A model generated the notes under the pieces. That model did no database searches. It saw only the letters and a list, made by a program, of their open reading frames with translations, and was not told where the DNA came from. A stretch of 64,000 nt of DNA, from NCBI GenBank assembly GCA_965220085.1, contig CBDCOZ010000003.1, positions 544,001 through 608,000 of the forward strand, in the 5' to 3' direction. Below are positions 9,668-19,960 of the stretch, in pieces. The DNA is from Candidatus Oxydemutatoraceae bacterium. GTDB lineage: Bacteria; Pseudomonadota; Gammaproteobacteria; Poriferisulfidales; Oxydemutatoraceae. Each line of letters opens with the position of its first letter. Within the stretch, counting starts at the first letter, position 1. Position numbers and translations under genes: made by a program.

Positions 9668-10477
9668 ATGAATGAACATATAGCCCAAGTCGGTCAATAC
9701 CTACGCTACGAACGCGAAAAGCTGAACCTGTCGGCGCAAGATGTTGCCAGCCGGTTGCTGTTGCCGGTCAGCGCCATTAAGGGACTTGAAGGCGGCGACT
9801 ATGAGAGTCTGCCGGAAGTTGTTTACATCAGGGGTTATATCAGGTCGTATTGCGCGTTGCTCGGGATTGACTCCGGCCCGGCGCTCAAGATGTTTGCCGA
9901 ATCGACAGAAGCGGATCAGTCGTTATCCGAAGAGCCGGTCTATTCGCCGCTGGTCGATGAGCATGTTCAACGCCTGACCAGAATATGGGGGTCCTTGTTG
10001 CTCGTGACCATCATCATCATTATTCTGGTCGGCGGGTGGCATGAGCGGGAACGGTATTCGGTTGCGGCGCCGAGTTCCGAAGAGGAAGCGATGCCGGAGA
10101 CTGCGCTTGCCGAGGAACCGCACACGCCGTCTCCTCCGGCAAGCGGAGGGGGCGTCGCGCATTACCCGGCGCATGCGCAAGCGACGACCGCAGAAGACAG
10201 TTATATGGCGGCGCCCGATGCGGCCTCGCTGACCGTTGTCGCCAGCGGCGACAGTTGGGCGCATATTCAGAGCGCAGGCGGGGAAAGCATGGTGCGTCGG
10301 ATGCTGTCGGGCGGCTATCGAGAGACTTTCACGGTGCGCTTTCCGTTGCGCATAGAGTTTGGCGCGGCAAGAAATATACGCTTGTGGTTCAATGATGCGG
10401 AGTATGATTTGACGCCTCATACCAGCAATCTCAACACCGCATTTTTCCTGCTCGAAGAGTTTCCGACACCCGAATGA
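9668..10477 (+). CDS. rodZ: RodZ-like HTH/TM/DUF4115 protein
   Basis: HTH with YIRGYIRSY, one TM, C-terminal DSWAHI domain; upstream of hisS. Confidence 0.85.
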   Translation: MNEHIAQVGQYLRYEREKLNLSAQDVASRLLLPVSAIKGLEGGDYESLPEVVYIRGYIRSYCALLGIDSGPALKMFAESTEADQSLSEEPVYSPLVDEHVQRLTRIWGSLLLVTIIIIILVGGWHERERYSVAAPSSEEEAMPETALAEEPHTPSPPASGGGVAHYPAHAQATTAEDSYMAAPDAASLTVVASGDSWAHIQSAGGESMVRRMLSGGYRETFTVRFPLRIEFGAARNIRLWFNDAEYDLTPHTSNLNTAFFLLEEFPTPE

Positions 10478-11739
10478 AACCGCTGATCAGATCCGTCAAA
10501 GGGGTGTGCGATGTGCTGGCGGAGCAAGCGGCGCGCTTCGATCGGATAGAGCGGCGGTGCATCGACTGCTTTGCCCGATCGGGCTATGAGGAAATCCGGC
10601 TTCCGCTCCTTGAGCGCGCGGACTTGTTTGTGCGTTCCATCGGCGGCGCGACCGATATCGTGCAAAAAGAGATGTTTAGTTTTGAGGATAAGCGGGGCGA
10701 TATGTTGGCATTGCGGCCGGAAGGAACCGCCGGCTGCGCGCGCGCGGCGATCGAGCACAATTTGATTGCCGCCCCTCGCCGCCTGTGGTACCGGGGCCTG
10801 TTTTTTCGCCGCGAGCGACCGCAAAAGGGGCGGCAGCGTCAGTTTCACCAATTTGGCGTCGAGGTATTCGGCATGACGGACGCCGCTATTGAAGCCGAAG
10901 TGATCGCGCTGACCGCTTTGCTGTGGAAGCGGCTCGGAGTCCATGGCTTGACGCTGAAGATAAACACACTGGGCGACGAGCGGACGCGCCGCGCGTACTG
11001 CGAAGAGTTGGTCGCGTGGTTGCGCCCGCGCAGCGGCGATCTGGATGAAGATTCGCGGCGGCGGCTTGACAGCAACCCGTTGCGAATTCTTGATAGCAAA
11101 AACCCCGGCACGTTGGAATTGCTGCGCGAGGCGCCGAAGATATCGGATTTTTTGGATGCGGAATCAAAGCGGCAGTTTGCGCAATTGCAAGACTTGCTTG
11201 CCGCTTCGGACGTTGCTTTTGAAAGCGATCCCTTTCTCGTCAGAGGGTTGGATTACTATAGCGGCATGGTGTTTGAGTGGCTCGGCGCGGGTGACGGCGC
11301 GCAATCGGCTGTGTGCGCGGGCGGGCGCTATGATGGCTTGGCGCAACGGCTGGGCGGGCGTCCGACTCCGGCCGTCGGTTGTGCCTTCGGCATAGAACGG
11401 ATATCTCAGTTGCCTGATATAATGGCAACCCCCGAACACCCCGCGGACATATATTTTGTTGCCGCGGGAACTTTGGCGATGGCGGAATCCCACCGTCTGG
11501 CCTTTCAACTGCGAGAGCGGTTGCCCGATTTGCATATCGTAGTTGATTGCGCGGGCGGCAGCTTTAAGTCACAGATGCGGCGGGCGGATAAGGCAAATGC
11601 CGGGCGGGCGATTATTCTGGGCGAGGATGAAATTAAACGCAATGCTGTGGCGGTGAAAGATATGAGACAAGGCGGCGAACAGGTCAGCGTGCCTTCCGAA
11701 GAACTGTCATCGCATATCGCAAAAGTCATGACATCTTAA
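10474..11739 (+). CDS. hisS: Histidine--tRNA ligase
   Basis: LRPEGTA, RERPQKGRQRQFHQ, VRGLDYY and GGRYDGL motifs. Confidence 0.97.
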   Translation: MKPLIRSVKGVCDVLAEQAARFDRIERRCIDCFARSGYEEIRLPLLERADLFVRSIGGATDIVQKEMFSFEDKRGDMLALRPEGTAGCARAAIEHNLIAAPRRLWYRGLFFRRERPQKGRQRQFHQFGVEVFGMTDAAIEAEVIALTALLWKRLGVHGLTLKINTLGDERTRRAYCEELVAWLRPRSGDLDEDSRRRLDSNPLRILDSKNPGTLELLREAPKISDFLDAESKRQFAQLQDLLAASDVAFESDPFLVRGLDYYSGMVFEWLGAGDGAQSAVCAGGRYDGLAQRLGGRPTPAVGCAFGIERISQLPDIMATPEHPADIYFVAAGTLAMAESHRLAFQLRERLPDLHIVVDCAGGSFKSQMRRADKANAGRAIILGEDEIKRNAVAVKDMRQGGEQVSVPSEELSSHIAKVMTS

Positions 11740-11766
11740 TGAATATTGTTTTAGAGAGAAAAGCAG

Positions 11767-12444
11767 ATGGTTAAATCCCGACGACCTGTCGCAGAGGACG
11801 ACGGTCTTGTTGAATTGAAGCGCGCGTGGGGCGAATACGGTCGCAGTGTCTTCTTCGGCATCGTGATCGGCGCTGTTGCGATCGTGTCGTGGTTCGGCTG
11901 GGACCACTACAAAGAACAACGCCTGCGGCAGGCGTTTGATTTGTTTGTCGAAATGTCGACCGCGGCGGACGAAGACGATGCCGAGCGGGCGGAAGAGCTG
12001 TTTGCCGATCTGGAAGCGGCATATCCCGACACCGTGTATGCCGTTTTGTCCGCCATGGCGCGGGCGCGCTATTATGCCCGGCGCGACGATTTGGCGAAGG
12101 CGACCGAGAGCCTCGAACTGGCGGTTGATCACGCGACCCGCCAGGAGATTGAGTTTCTCAGAGGCATTGCGATAGTCAGGCTGGCGCGCGTGTTGGTCGC
12201 GCAGGGCGAGAACGATCGCGCATTGGATGTGCTGGCAACCGAACTGCCTCCCGGCATAGCCGCTTTGGCCGCCGAAGTGCGCGGCGATGTGTTGGCGGCG
12301 ACGAACAAAAAACAAGAGGCGGCCAATGCCTATCGCGATGCCTCAAGGCTGGACGATGTGACCGGGTTTCTGCGCATGAAAAGCCAGCGCCTCGGAGTCA
12401 AGCCGACGGCGGAAAACAATCCTTCTAATCCCGCGGGTCGCTAA
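11767..12444 (+). CDS. yfgM: YfgM-family TPR ancillary SecYEG protein
   Basis: N-terminal TM plus TPR helices; hisS-yfgM-bamB-der synteny. Confidence 0.85.
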   Translation: MVKSRRPVAEDDGLVELKRAWGEYGRSVFFGIVIGAVAIVSWFGWDHYKEQRLRQAFDLFVEMSTAADEDDAERAEELFADLEAAYPDTVYAVLSAMARARYYARRDDLAKATESLELAVDHATRQEIEFLRGIAIVRLARVLVAQGENDRALDVLATELPPGIAALAAEVRGDVLAATNKKQEAANAYRDASRLDDVTGFLRMKSQRLGVKPTAENNPSNPAGR

Positions 12445-12453
12445 GCAAACGCC

Positions 12454-13617
12454 ATGAAGCAGCCTGCGAACAAGGCGCGTCTGTCGGCGGCAACGATAGC
12501 GCCGATCGTTGTCTGGCTTGTAAGCGGTTGCGCTTATCTGCCCGAAAGCGATTACGAAGCGCCGGAAGTCACATCGCGCTTGCTGGTATCTCAGCCGTGG
12601 TCGCATTCCGCGGTAAAGGATTTTTCCGACAGCTATCTGCCTCTGGCCCCGTTGATCAGAAAGGGTCGGGTCTATGTGTCCGGGCCCGAAGGTCGCTTGG
12701 CGGCTTTTCGTATGAAAGACGGCAAACGCTTGTGGCAGCGCGCTTCCGAGTTGGAGATCAGCGCCGGTGTCGGCGGCGGCGGCGCGGCGATGGTGGTCGG
12801 CACCGCCGACGGCGAGGTAGTCGCTTTTTCTTTGCGATCGGGGGAGGAGATATGGCGGCGCGATATTGGCGATGAAGTCACTGCGGTATCCGCTCAGCAC
12901 CGGGGGGTTGTAGTGGCGCGCACCGCGACCAAGGTTGTCGTGTTTGATATCCGCACCGGCAACAGACGTTGGCAGCACAAAGAGAGTCGGCCGCCATTGA
13001 CGATCAAAGGGGCATCGCTGCCGGTTTTTTATCGCGAGTGGGCGTTCGCGGGGCTCGATAACGGTTACCTGATGGCGATCAATCTGGAGGATGGCAAGGT
13101 TCTGCGCGAGATGCGCTTGGGGGTGGATGTCGGCAGCGGCGATTTGGACCGTATCGTGGATGTGGACGGGCGCATGGCGATTAAGGCCGGGGTTTTGTAC
13201 GCGGCGGCGTATCAAGGGCGCACGATTGCGGTAGACCTTGAGCGCGGCAACGTGGCGTGGACTAGAGACATGTCTTCGCAGTCCGGTCTGGATGTCGGCG
13301 ACAAAGCGGTTTTTATTACAACGACGGATAATCGGGTGGCGGCGCTGAGTCGCAAGACGGGCAAGGAACTATGGTTTAATGATTCTTTTCAGGATACGCG
13401 CCTGAGCGCTCCTCGGGTAGTCGGTTCTTTTGTTTTGGTGGGCGATAGCCGCGGTCATTTGTACTGGTTGTCAAAGAAGAGCGGCAAGGCGGTCGAGCGC
13501 ACCGACCTGGCGACGGATTCGCCCGCGGAGTTTCGTGTCAGCGGCAAGAATATTATCGCGCTGGATAAGGAGGGGCATCTGTCCGCAGTCCGTCTGGCGG
13601 GTTATCGCAAGCGCTAA
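12454..13617 (+). CDS. bamB: Outer membrane assembly lipoprotein BamB
   Basis: Lipobox VSGC, PQQ-type propeller repeats, DLDRIVDVDG; synteny. Confidence 0.9.
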   Translation: MKQPANKARLSAATIAPIVVWLVSGCAYLPESDYEAPEVTSRLLVSQPWSHSAVKDFSDSYLPLAPLIRKGRVYVSGPEGRLAAFRMKDGKRLWQRASELEISAGVGGGGAAMVVGTADGEVVAFSLRSGEEIWRRDIGDEVTAVSAQHRGVVVARTATKVVVFDIRTGNRRWQHKESRPPLTIKGASLPVFYREWAFAGLDNGYLMAINLEDGKVLREMRLGVDVGSGDLDRIVDVDGRMAIKAGVLYAAAYQGRTIAVDLERGNVAWTRDMSSQSGLDVGDKAVFITTTDNRVAALSRKTGKELWFNDSFQDTRLSAPRVVGSFVLVGDSRGHLYWLSKKSGKAVERTDLATDSPAEFRVSGKNIIALDKEGHLSAVRLAGYRKR

Positions 13618-13653
13618 GCCGCGTTTGCAACGTCATATCGCGCGGGTGGCGCC

Positions 13654-14946
13654 ATGTTGAAAGTCGCTCTGATCGGCCGCCCTAATGTGGGCAAATCCGC
13701 CTTATTCAATCGTTTGGCAGGAAGCAGAAAAGCGATCGTTTCGCCTGTGCCGGGCGTCACCCGCGACCGTCATTACGCGACTGTCGAGAGAGACGGCAAG
13801 CTGTTTCTTTTGATCGACACCGGCGGCTTGCAAGGCGAGGGCGAATTGGACGATCAGATCGCCGCGCAAGCGAAGCATGCCATTGACGAGAGCAGCTTGC
13901 TGTGCTTCGTCGTGTCCGCCGCCGACGGTCTGATTCCCGCCGATGAGATTTTGCTGAACGAATTGCGCCGCGCGAACAAGCCGATCTGGCTGGTTGTCAA
14001 CAAGACGGACGGGCGCGACGAACGCTTTGTGGCAAGCGAGTTTGCTCCGCTTGGCATGGCGGATTGCTTTTATACCGTCGCGGTTTCCAATCGCGGCGTG
14101 CCGGGTTTGCTCGAGAAAATGCTGGCGCAGGTCGGCGAAGCCCGCGACACGGAGCGGGATGACGGCATCCGCGTGGCCTTTGTCGGGCGTCCCAATGTCG
14201 GCAAGTCCACGTTAATCAATGCCTTGCTTGATGAGCGGCGGTTGCTGACATCGCCGTTGCCGGGAACGACGCGGGATAGCATATATGTTCCGTTTTCTTA
14301 TCGGCAGCGGCAGTTCACGCTGGTCGATACGGCCGGTGTCAGGCGCAAGTCAAAAGTGATTGTCGATGAAGAGCGGTTTAGCGTCATCAAGTCCTTGGAA
14401 AATATTGCGCTGGCGGATGTGGTCGTAATCGTCTGTGATGTGAGCGAGGGGATTGCCGATCAGGATTGCCAACTGATTGCGCAAGCGGCGGCGCAAGGTC
14501 GCAGCCTGCTGATTGCGCTGAACAAATCGGACTTGTTAAACGATGATCTCGAGATACATTTGCAACGGACGCTGGATATGCGCTTGCGCTTCGTCGACTA
14601 TGCAAAGAAGCAGCGTATCTCGGCACAGTCGGGCGCCGGCCTGGAACAGCTGATGGATACGGTTGCCGCGCTCTATCAACGGGCGGCGACGCGTATTCCG
14701 ACTTCGCGTTGCAACGAGCTGTTGCGGCAGGCATTGGAAAAGCATCCGCCGCCAATCGTCGGCGGGCGCCGGCCCGCTTTGCGCTATATGTTTCAGGAGG
14801 GCGCGCACCCGCCGAGTTTTGTCATCTATGGCAGGCGCGTCGATAAGTTGCCCGATTCGTATCGGCGTTATTTGTCTTCTTATCTTCGCCGGCGCTTGTC
14901 GCTGGATGCGACGCCGGTTCGGGTCGAATTTCGCTTGGCAGATTAG
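13654..14946 (+). CDS. der: Ribosome biogenesis GTPase Der
   Basis: Two GRPNVGKS G-domains. Confidence 0.97.
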   Translation: MLKVALIGRPNVGKSALFNRLAGSRKAIVSPVPGVTRDRHYATVERDGKLFLLIDTGGLQGEGELDDQIAAQAKHAIDESSLLCFVVSAADGLIPADEILLNELRRANKPIWLVVNKTDGRDERFVASEFAPLGMADCFYTVAVSNRGVPGLLEKMLAQVGEARDTERDDGIRVAFVGRPNVGKSTLINALLDERRLLTSPLPGTTRDSIYVPFSYRQRQFTLVDTAGVRRKSKVIVDEERFSVIKSLENIALADVVVIVCDVSEGIADQDCQLIAQAAAQGRSLLIALNKSDLLNDDLEIHLQRTLDMRLRFVDYAKKQRISAQSGAGLEQLMDTVAALYQRAATRIPTSRCNELLRQALEKHPPPIVGGRRPALRYMFQEGAHPPSFVIYGRRVDKLPDSYRRYLSSYLRRRLSLDATPVRVEFRLAD

Positions 14947-15041
14947 CCATTGGCGGTATGAAACCGCCGTTTGTCATCTAAATCAGCGTGTCTGTCAGAT
15001 AAGTCTCCGCGCCCCGCTATATTGTGGCACAGAATTCGGGC

Positions 15042-16463
15042 ATGATGTTCGGGCATGACATAACAGGCATAGATTTCTCGCCATTTTCCATTCGTATGGC
15101 AAATGCGACGGAGTCGCGGGTCGGGCGCAAGTCGCTTGCGACCGCGCAGATGACGATGCCCTGCTCTGCTTGGGATGCGGTGCGGGAGCGCCGGGGCGAG
15201 TACGTCGATGCGTTGCGCAAAGCATACGCTTTGACGCGCGGGCGTTCGCGCGCATGCAATATGAGCCTGCCGTGTGATGCCGGCAAGTATCACGTTTTTG
15301 ATTGTTCGCAGGTTGAGAGCGGAGTCTTGCGCAAGTTGACAGACAACCCCGGCTTTTGGCGCAAGCATCTGGGGGTTGCGGTTGACGATTACGACTGCAA
15401 GCGGGAGCGTGTCGCGGATAAGATGCTGATGACAGCGATACCGCTGGCTGCGGTCGAGTTTTACCGGGAGTTACTGGGCGGCGCGGGTTTGAAATTGCAT
15501 GCCTTGAACCTTTCGTGTGCGGACTATCTCTGTCTGGTGCGCGCGTCCGCGCGCCGCCTTTTGACCGTCAGCCCGTACGAGGCGTGCTTTGTGAATCGCA
15601 CCGCAAACAGTTTTGATTTTAAGCACATCGCCATCGCCGATATGCCGCTTGCGCCGGATATGCCGGCAAAACTGCTCGACCTCATCGCCGCCGGATTCGC
15701 GGATGATATGCGCGAATTGCGCGGCGATGATGCGCCCGTCGAAGTGGCTCTGACATTGCCGCCCGGTATCGGCGAAGACATGCCCGAGCGATTGCGCGAA
15801 GCGTTTCCCGACATCGATTTCAAGCGCATGAGCGGGGTATCCGCTGCCGGGGCGGAGATTGAAGCGGATATGCATCGTTGCGCGGCGATCAGCGCTTGGC
15901 GGATGCCGGCGCGGCGACGGGGCGCGATGCTTCCCGATCGGAAACGGTCGGGTGTTCTTGCGACCAGAGCGGGTTGGCTTGTGCTCGCCGCGCTGATTCC
16001 GCTTCTGGCTGTTTGGTATTTTGATCTGAAAGAGGAGAACCGGAGCCTGTCGCCGTCCTTTGAGCGCCAACTTGAACAGGCCGAGCAATATTCGCAGTTG
16101 CGGTTATCGGAAGCCAAGGCAAAGCAGAAGCTGGCGTATTGGGAGAACTTGCGCAAAAAGAGCCGCGAGGTGCTGGATGTCAGGGATGCGCAACCCGATT
16201 TCTTCCGCCTTCTCTCCGCCATCCTGCCGACAAAGTTTCGGCTGGATAGGGCGCATTGTGTTCGCGCGCGCAGTTGTCGCTTGTCGGGAGTCGCGCCGTC
16301 TTATCAAGCGGTCGTGCTGTTTTTGAAGGAATTGGAAAAGTCGCCCGCTATCGCCCGCGCTTCGCTGCGGGATGTCTCGGGGGTCGGCGACGGGCGGGCG
16401 ATGAAGTTTCTCATTGAATGCGATTATGCGGCGGCGGCGAGCGAGGCTGCGGGAGACAGGTAG
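15042..16463 (+). CDS. Divergent PilM-PilN (GspL-like) fusion protein
   Basis: GIDFSPFSIRM resembles the PilM N-terminus; TM, coiled coil and C-terminal PilN-like LSGVAPSYQAV..FLKELEKSP; first gene of the cluster. Confidence 0.6.
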   Translation: MMFGHDITGIDFSPFSIRMANATESRVGRKSLATAQMTMPCSAWDAVRERRGEYVDALRKAYALTRGRSRACNMSLPCDAGKYHVFDCSQVESGVLRKLTDNPGFWRKHLGVAVDDYDCKRERVADKMLMTAIPLAAVEFYRELLGGAGLKLHALNLSCADYLCLVRASARRLLTVSPYEACFVNRTANSFDFKHIAIADMPLAPDMPAKLLDLIAAGFADDMRELRGDDAPVEVALTLPPGIGEDMPERLREAFPDIDFKRMSGVSAAGAEIEADMHRCAAISAWRMPARRRGAMLPDRKRSGVLATRAGWLVLAALIPLLAVWYFDLKEENRSLSPSFERQLEQAEQYSQLRLSEAKAKQKLAYWENLRKKSREVLDVRDAQPDFFRLLSAILPTKFRLDRAHCVRARSCRLSGVAPSYQAVVLFLKELEKSPAIARASLRDVSGVGDGRAMKFLIECDYAAAASEAAGDR

Positions 16464-16468
16464 CGGAT

Positions 16469-17026
16469 ATGGCCGGGTTACACATGGATTACAAGCGGTT
16501 TAAACATCTCTCAATGGGGCTTTGCGCCGCTTTGGTCGCGATCGTTTTCTTTTTTCTGATACGGCCGTTGGAAGCGCAAAACGACGACATGAAGCAAGAG
16601 ATTGTCCGCGCCGAAGCGACGCTGCGCAACATCCGCGAGGCGCAAGACCGGCATGCGGCGCTGTCTCTGCGCCTTGAGAAACTGAGAGTATTGGTGGTGC
16701 GCATCGTGGCGGAATCTTTCCGCTCGCCGCCCTTGTATTCGGTGCACAATGACTTGGGGCGGCTGCTGTCTGTCAACGGCATCCGGATCATGGCGGTTGA
16801 AAAGTCCGAGCGCGGCGGTGATTCGGCGGCGGACGGATTCTTTGCCAGACACCGTTCGATGTGGAAATTGAGAGGCGGCTTTCGCAACTATATCGCGTTT
16901 AAGGAAGCGCTGACCGCCTACCGCGAGGCGGCTATTCATATCGACGAAGAGAAACTGTCCAAAGGCAAAGACGATGTCCTCAACATTGAGATTCGCCTGT
17001 CGGCATACCAATTTGAGAGCGCGTGA
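16469..17026 (+). CDS. PilO-like protein
   Basis: TM, coiled coil and ferredoxin-like C-terminus; position in cluster. Confidence 0.55.
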   Translation: MAGLHMDYKRFKHLSMGLCAALVAIVFFFLIRPLEAQNDDMKQEIVRAEATLRNIREAQDRHAALSLRLEKLRVLVVRIVAESFRSPPLYSVHNDLGRLLSVNGIRIMAVEKSERGGDSAADGFFARHRSMWKLRGGFRNYIAFKEALTAYREAAIHIDEEKLSKGKDDVLNIEIRLSAYQFESA

Positions 17027-17343
17027 CGATGCGATACGGCTTGATACTGTTGGTTGTCTTTGCGCTTCCGTTGAGTTGGGCGCAACGCGATCCGTTTGCT
17101 TACGATACGGAGACGAAGTCTGTCGCGCCGCTGTATTCGCATCCGCTTGCGAGCCTGACCGTTGTCGGCGTCATCATCGCCGACGGCAAGGCGCTCGCTA
17201 TCGTGCGCGCGCCGGATGAAACGCTTCATATCGTCGGGGTCGGCGGCTTGCTGGGAGAAGAAAAGAAGCCGATAGCGTCTATCGATGCGCTGGGAATACA
17301 CATCGACGGCGCCGAAGGTTTGTTATTGCCTTACAAAGAATAG
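17023..17343 (+). CDS. PilP-like protein
   Basis: RDPF and HPLASLTVVGVI..ALAIVRAPD..VG motifs. Confidence 0.7.
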   Translation: MTMRYGLILLVVFALPLSWAQRDPFAYDTETKSVAPLYSHPLASLTVVGVIIADGKALAIVRAPDETLHIVGVGGLLGEEKKPIASIDALGIHIDGAEGLLLPYKE

Positions 17344-17354
17344 GAGGGGGTGTT

Positions 17355-18734
17355 ATGCGATTGCTTATTATTTTGTCGGCCTTGGCGATGGTGTCGTGTG
17401 CCAAAGCGCCGGGCTTTGACGCGGATGAGAAATTGGTCGATGAGAAGGGCTTTATAGCCGACTGGAAAGAGAGTCGCAAAGCGCCCGCCGCCGCTTCGCC
17501 CGGCGCAGAGACTCCGCCCGAGGAGAGTGTGTCCCGTGTCGGCATTGCGCGCGGCGAAGGCGCGCGCTCGCTGTTTCCGGATAGGCTTGCGGATGCGCGA
17601 CAACTGCCGCTTGAGAACCTGCGGCTCAACGAGGTGCCGCTGCGGGTATTTGTCAAGACGCTGGCGCTTATGAGCGGCTATAACATTGTCGTCGCGCCGA
17701 GTGTGAACCCGCTTCTGAGCATTGATCTGACGGCGATCGATTGGCGCGATGCGCTGTATCTGATTGCCGACATACACAACTTTGACATCGTGCAAAACGG
17801 CCGCCTGATTTATATCAAAGGCTCGGATGCGCCGCGCCCGAATGCCGCAAACGAGGCGCTGGCGTCCGATATCGAGCTGTTCAGGCTGCGTTATGCCGAG
17901 CCGGATACCGTCAAGGAGCTGCTTGCGCCTTTGCTGCAAACCGGCGCCGAGCAATCGGCCGGCGCCGTTATCACCGTCGATGAGCGCACCCGATCGATCA
18001 TTGTGAAGGGCGGCAGAAACCAGATAGCGCTTGCCGAATCGCTGATACGCAATGTCGATATCAGAACGCACCAGATCATGATCGAAGCGTTCATCGTCGA
18101 GGCCGGAGATGATTTTGAGCGTAATTTGGGCGCGCGTCTGGGGCGGGCGCCGGACGGGGTTATCGATCCGACCCGAGGCGCGTATGTCAATCTGCCCGAA
18201 ACCGTTTTCTCCGGCAGCCTGGGGGTTTTATTCGGCCACGGGCGCGGGCGTTTCAAATTGGAACTGACCGCGCTGGAGAACGAGGGCAAGAGCCGTATCA
18301 TCTCAAACCCCAGAATATTCACGCTGGATAATCAGCAGGCGGTTATTTTCCAAGGCGACGAAGTGCCTTATCAGACCGTTTCGGACCGCGGCACCCGCAC
18401 GCAGTTTAAGCAGGCCGGCTTGCGTTTGCAGGTGACGCCGAGCGTGGTCGATGAGGGGCGGCTGATGTTGGCCGTATCCATTAACAAGGATACGGTCGAT
18501 ACGAGAATCAGCAACCCGCCTATCACCCGCCGCGAACTGACGAGCCATCTGTTGGTAAACGACGGCGACATCGTCGTGATAGGAGGCATCCGTCTTGATT
18601 CCAGCATCAATTCGGTCGGCAGCGTGCCGCTCGTTTCCTCAATTCCGGTCTTCGGTCGGATACTGTCGCGGCGTCAACACGAGCGCGATGTGAGAGAGTT
18701 GCTTGTTTTTATCTCGCCGAAAATAATTTTGTAG
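17355..18734 (+). CDS. pilQ: PilQ-type secretin
   Basis: QIMIEAFIVEA, ALENEGKSRIISNPRIFTLDNQ, IPVFGRIL and ELLVFISPKI motifs. Confidence 0.85.
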   Translation: MRLLIILSALAMVSCAKAPGFDADEKLVDEKGFIADWKESRKAPAAASPGAETPPEESVSRVGIARGEGARSLFPDRLADARQLPLENLRLNEVPLRVFVKTLALMSGYNIVVAPSVNPLLSIDLTAIDWRDALYLIADIHNFDIVQNGRLIYIKGSDAPRPNAANEALASDIELFRLRYAEPDTVKELLAPLLQTGAEQSAGAVITVDERTRSIIVKGGRNQIALAESLIRNVDIRTHQIMIEAFIVEAGDDFERNLGARLGRAPDGVIDPTRGAYVNLPETVFSGSLGVLFGHGRGRFKLELTALENEGKSRIISNPRIFTLDNQQAVIFQGDEVPYQTVSDRGTRTQFKQAGLRLQVTPSVVDEGRLMLAVSINKDTVDTRISNPPITRRELTSHLLVNDGDIVVIGGIRLDSSINSVGSVPLVSSIPVFGRILSRRQHERDVRELLVFISPKIIL

Positions 18735-18741
18735 AAGGGTT

Positions 18742-19956
18742 ATGGCAGATCGCAAGAGCGCGACATCCGCATATGCGCAACAGCGCGGGCAGACCCTCTT
18801 TTTGCGCGAATCAAGCGGGGTTATTCCGTTTGTCGAGAAGATGTTATTGCAAGCGATCGATTACGGGGCCAGCGACATACACATAGAAAAGTACCGCAAA
18901 GTCGCCCGCTTGCGCTATCGCCTCGACGGCGTCTTGAACGAAATAGATGTGAGCGCGCTGTTGTTCAACGAGTATTCCGGCATCGCCGCGCGGCTGAAGT
19001 TGTTGGCAAAACTGGATATTGCGGAGCGTCGTATGCCGCAGGACGGACGTTTTTCTTTTGCCCACGCCGCTGGCGCGGCGGATATCAGGGTGTCTATTGT
19101 GCCGATTATTTCCGGCGAACGCATCGTGTTGAGGATACTCAACAGCGACATGTCAAAGCCCGACGTCGACGGCTTGGGGATGAATCGCGCGCAGGCGGAT
19201 ATGTTTTCCGCCGCCCTCAATGCCCATCAGGGCATGATTTTGGTGACCGGCCCGACCGGCAGCGGCAAGACAACGACATTGTATGCCGCGGTACAGTCGA
19301 TCAATTCCGCTCGGATCAACATATTGACCGCGGAGGATCCGGTGGAGTATCGGATTGAAGGCATAGGGCAAGTAGAGGTCAAAGAGAACATAGGGCTCGG
19401 CTTTGCCGAGGTCTTGCGCGCCTTTTTGCGGCAGGACCCGGAGGTGATTCTGGTCGGCGAGATACGTGATTTTGAAACGGCGGATATCGCGATGAAAGCC
19501 GCTCTCACCGGACACTTGGTGATGAGTACCTTGCATACCGGCAATGCCGCGGAGACGGTTACCCGGATGTTGAACATCGGGATATCGGGCTACCTCATCA
19601 TGGGAGCGATCAATCTGATTATCTGTCAGAGGTTGGTCAGGAAATTGTGCCCCCGCTGCAAGGAAGCGTGCGACCGGCCGATCTCGGAAGCGGTGTTGCC
19701 GGAAGCGGATACCGTTCTTTACAGAGCCGTGGGTTGCGAGGATTGTCACTTCACCGGTTATGCCGGGCGCTGCGCGGTGTATGAGATGGTTGCGATCAGC
19801 GACGATATGCGCAGGATGGTCGCCGGCCGCGATGTGTCATCGGCGGACATTGTCGCGCTCGTCGCCGAGCGCCGCCTGTCAACTTTGCAAGATTCGGGCA
19901 TGCGCTTGTTGCGCGACGGTTTGATCAGCGCGGAGGAGTATGCCCGCGTATTGTGA
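18742..19956 (+). CDS. PilB/GspE-family ATPase (short, lacks N-terminal domain)
   Basis: ASDIHIE, DIAERRMPQDG, GPTGSGKTTT, LRQDPEVILVGEIRD and a tetra-Cys motif. Confidence 0.9.
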   Translation: MADRKSATSAYAQQRGQTLFLRESSGVIPFVEKMLLQAIDYGASDIHIEKYRKVARLRYRLDGVLNEIDVSALLFNEYSGIAARLKLLAKLDIAERRMPQDGRFSFAHAAGAADIRVSIVPIISGERIVLRILNSDMSKPDVDGLGMNRAQADMFSAALNAHQGMILVTGPTGSGKTTTLYAAVQSINSARINILTAEDPVEYRIEGIGQVEVKENIGLGFAEVLRAFLRQDPEVILVGEIRDFETADIAMKAALTGHLVMSTLHTGNAAETVTRMLNIGISGYLIMGAINLIICQRLVRKLCPRCKEACDRPISEAVLPEADTVLYRAVGCEDCHFTGYAGRCAVYEMVAISDDMRRMVAGRDVSSADIVALVAERRLSTLQDSGMRLLRDGLISAEEYARVL

Positions 19957-19960
19957 TGCG

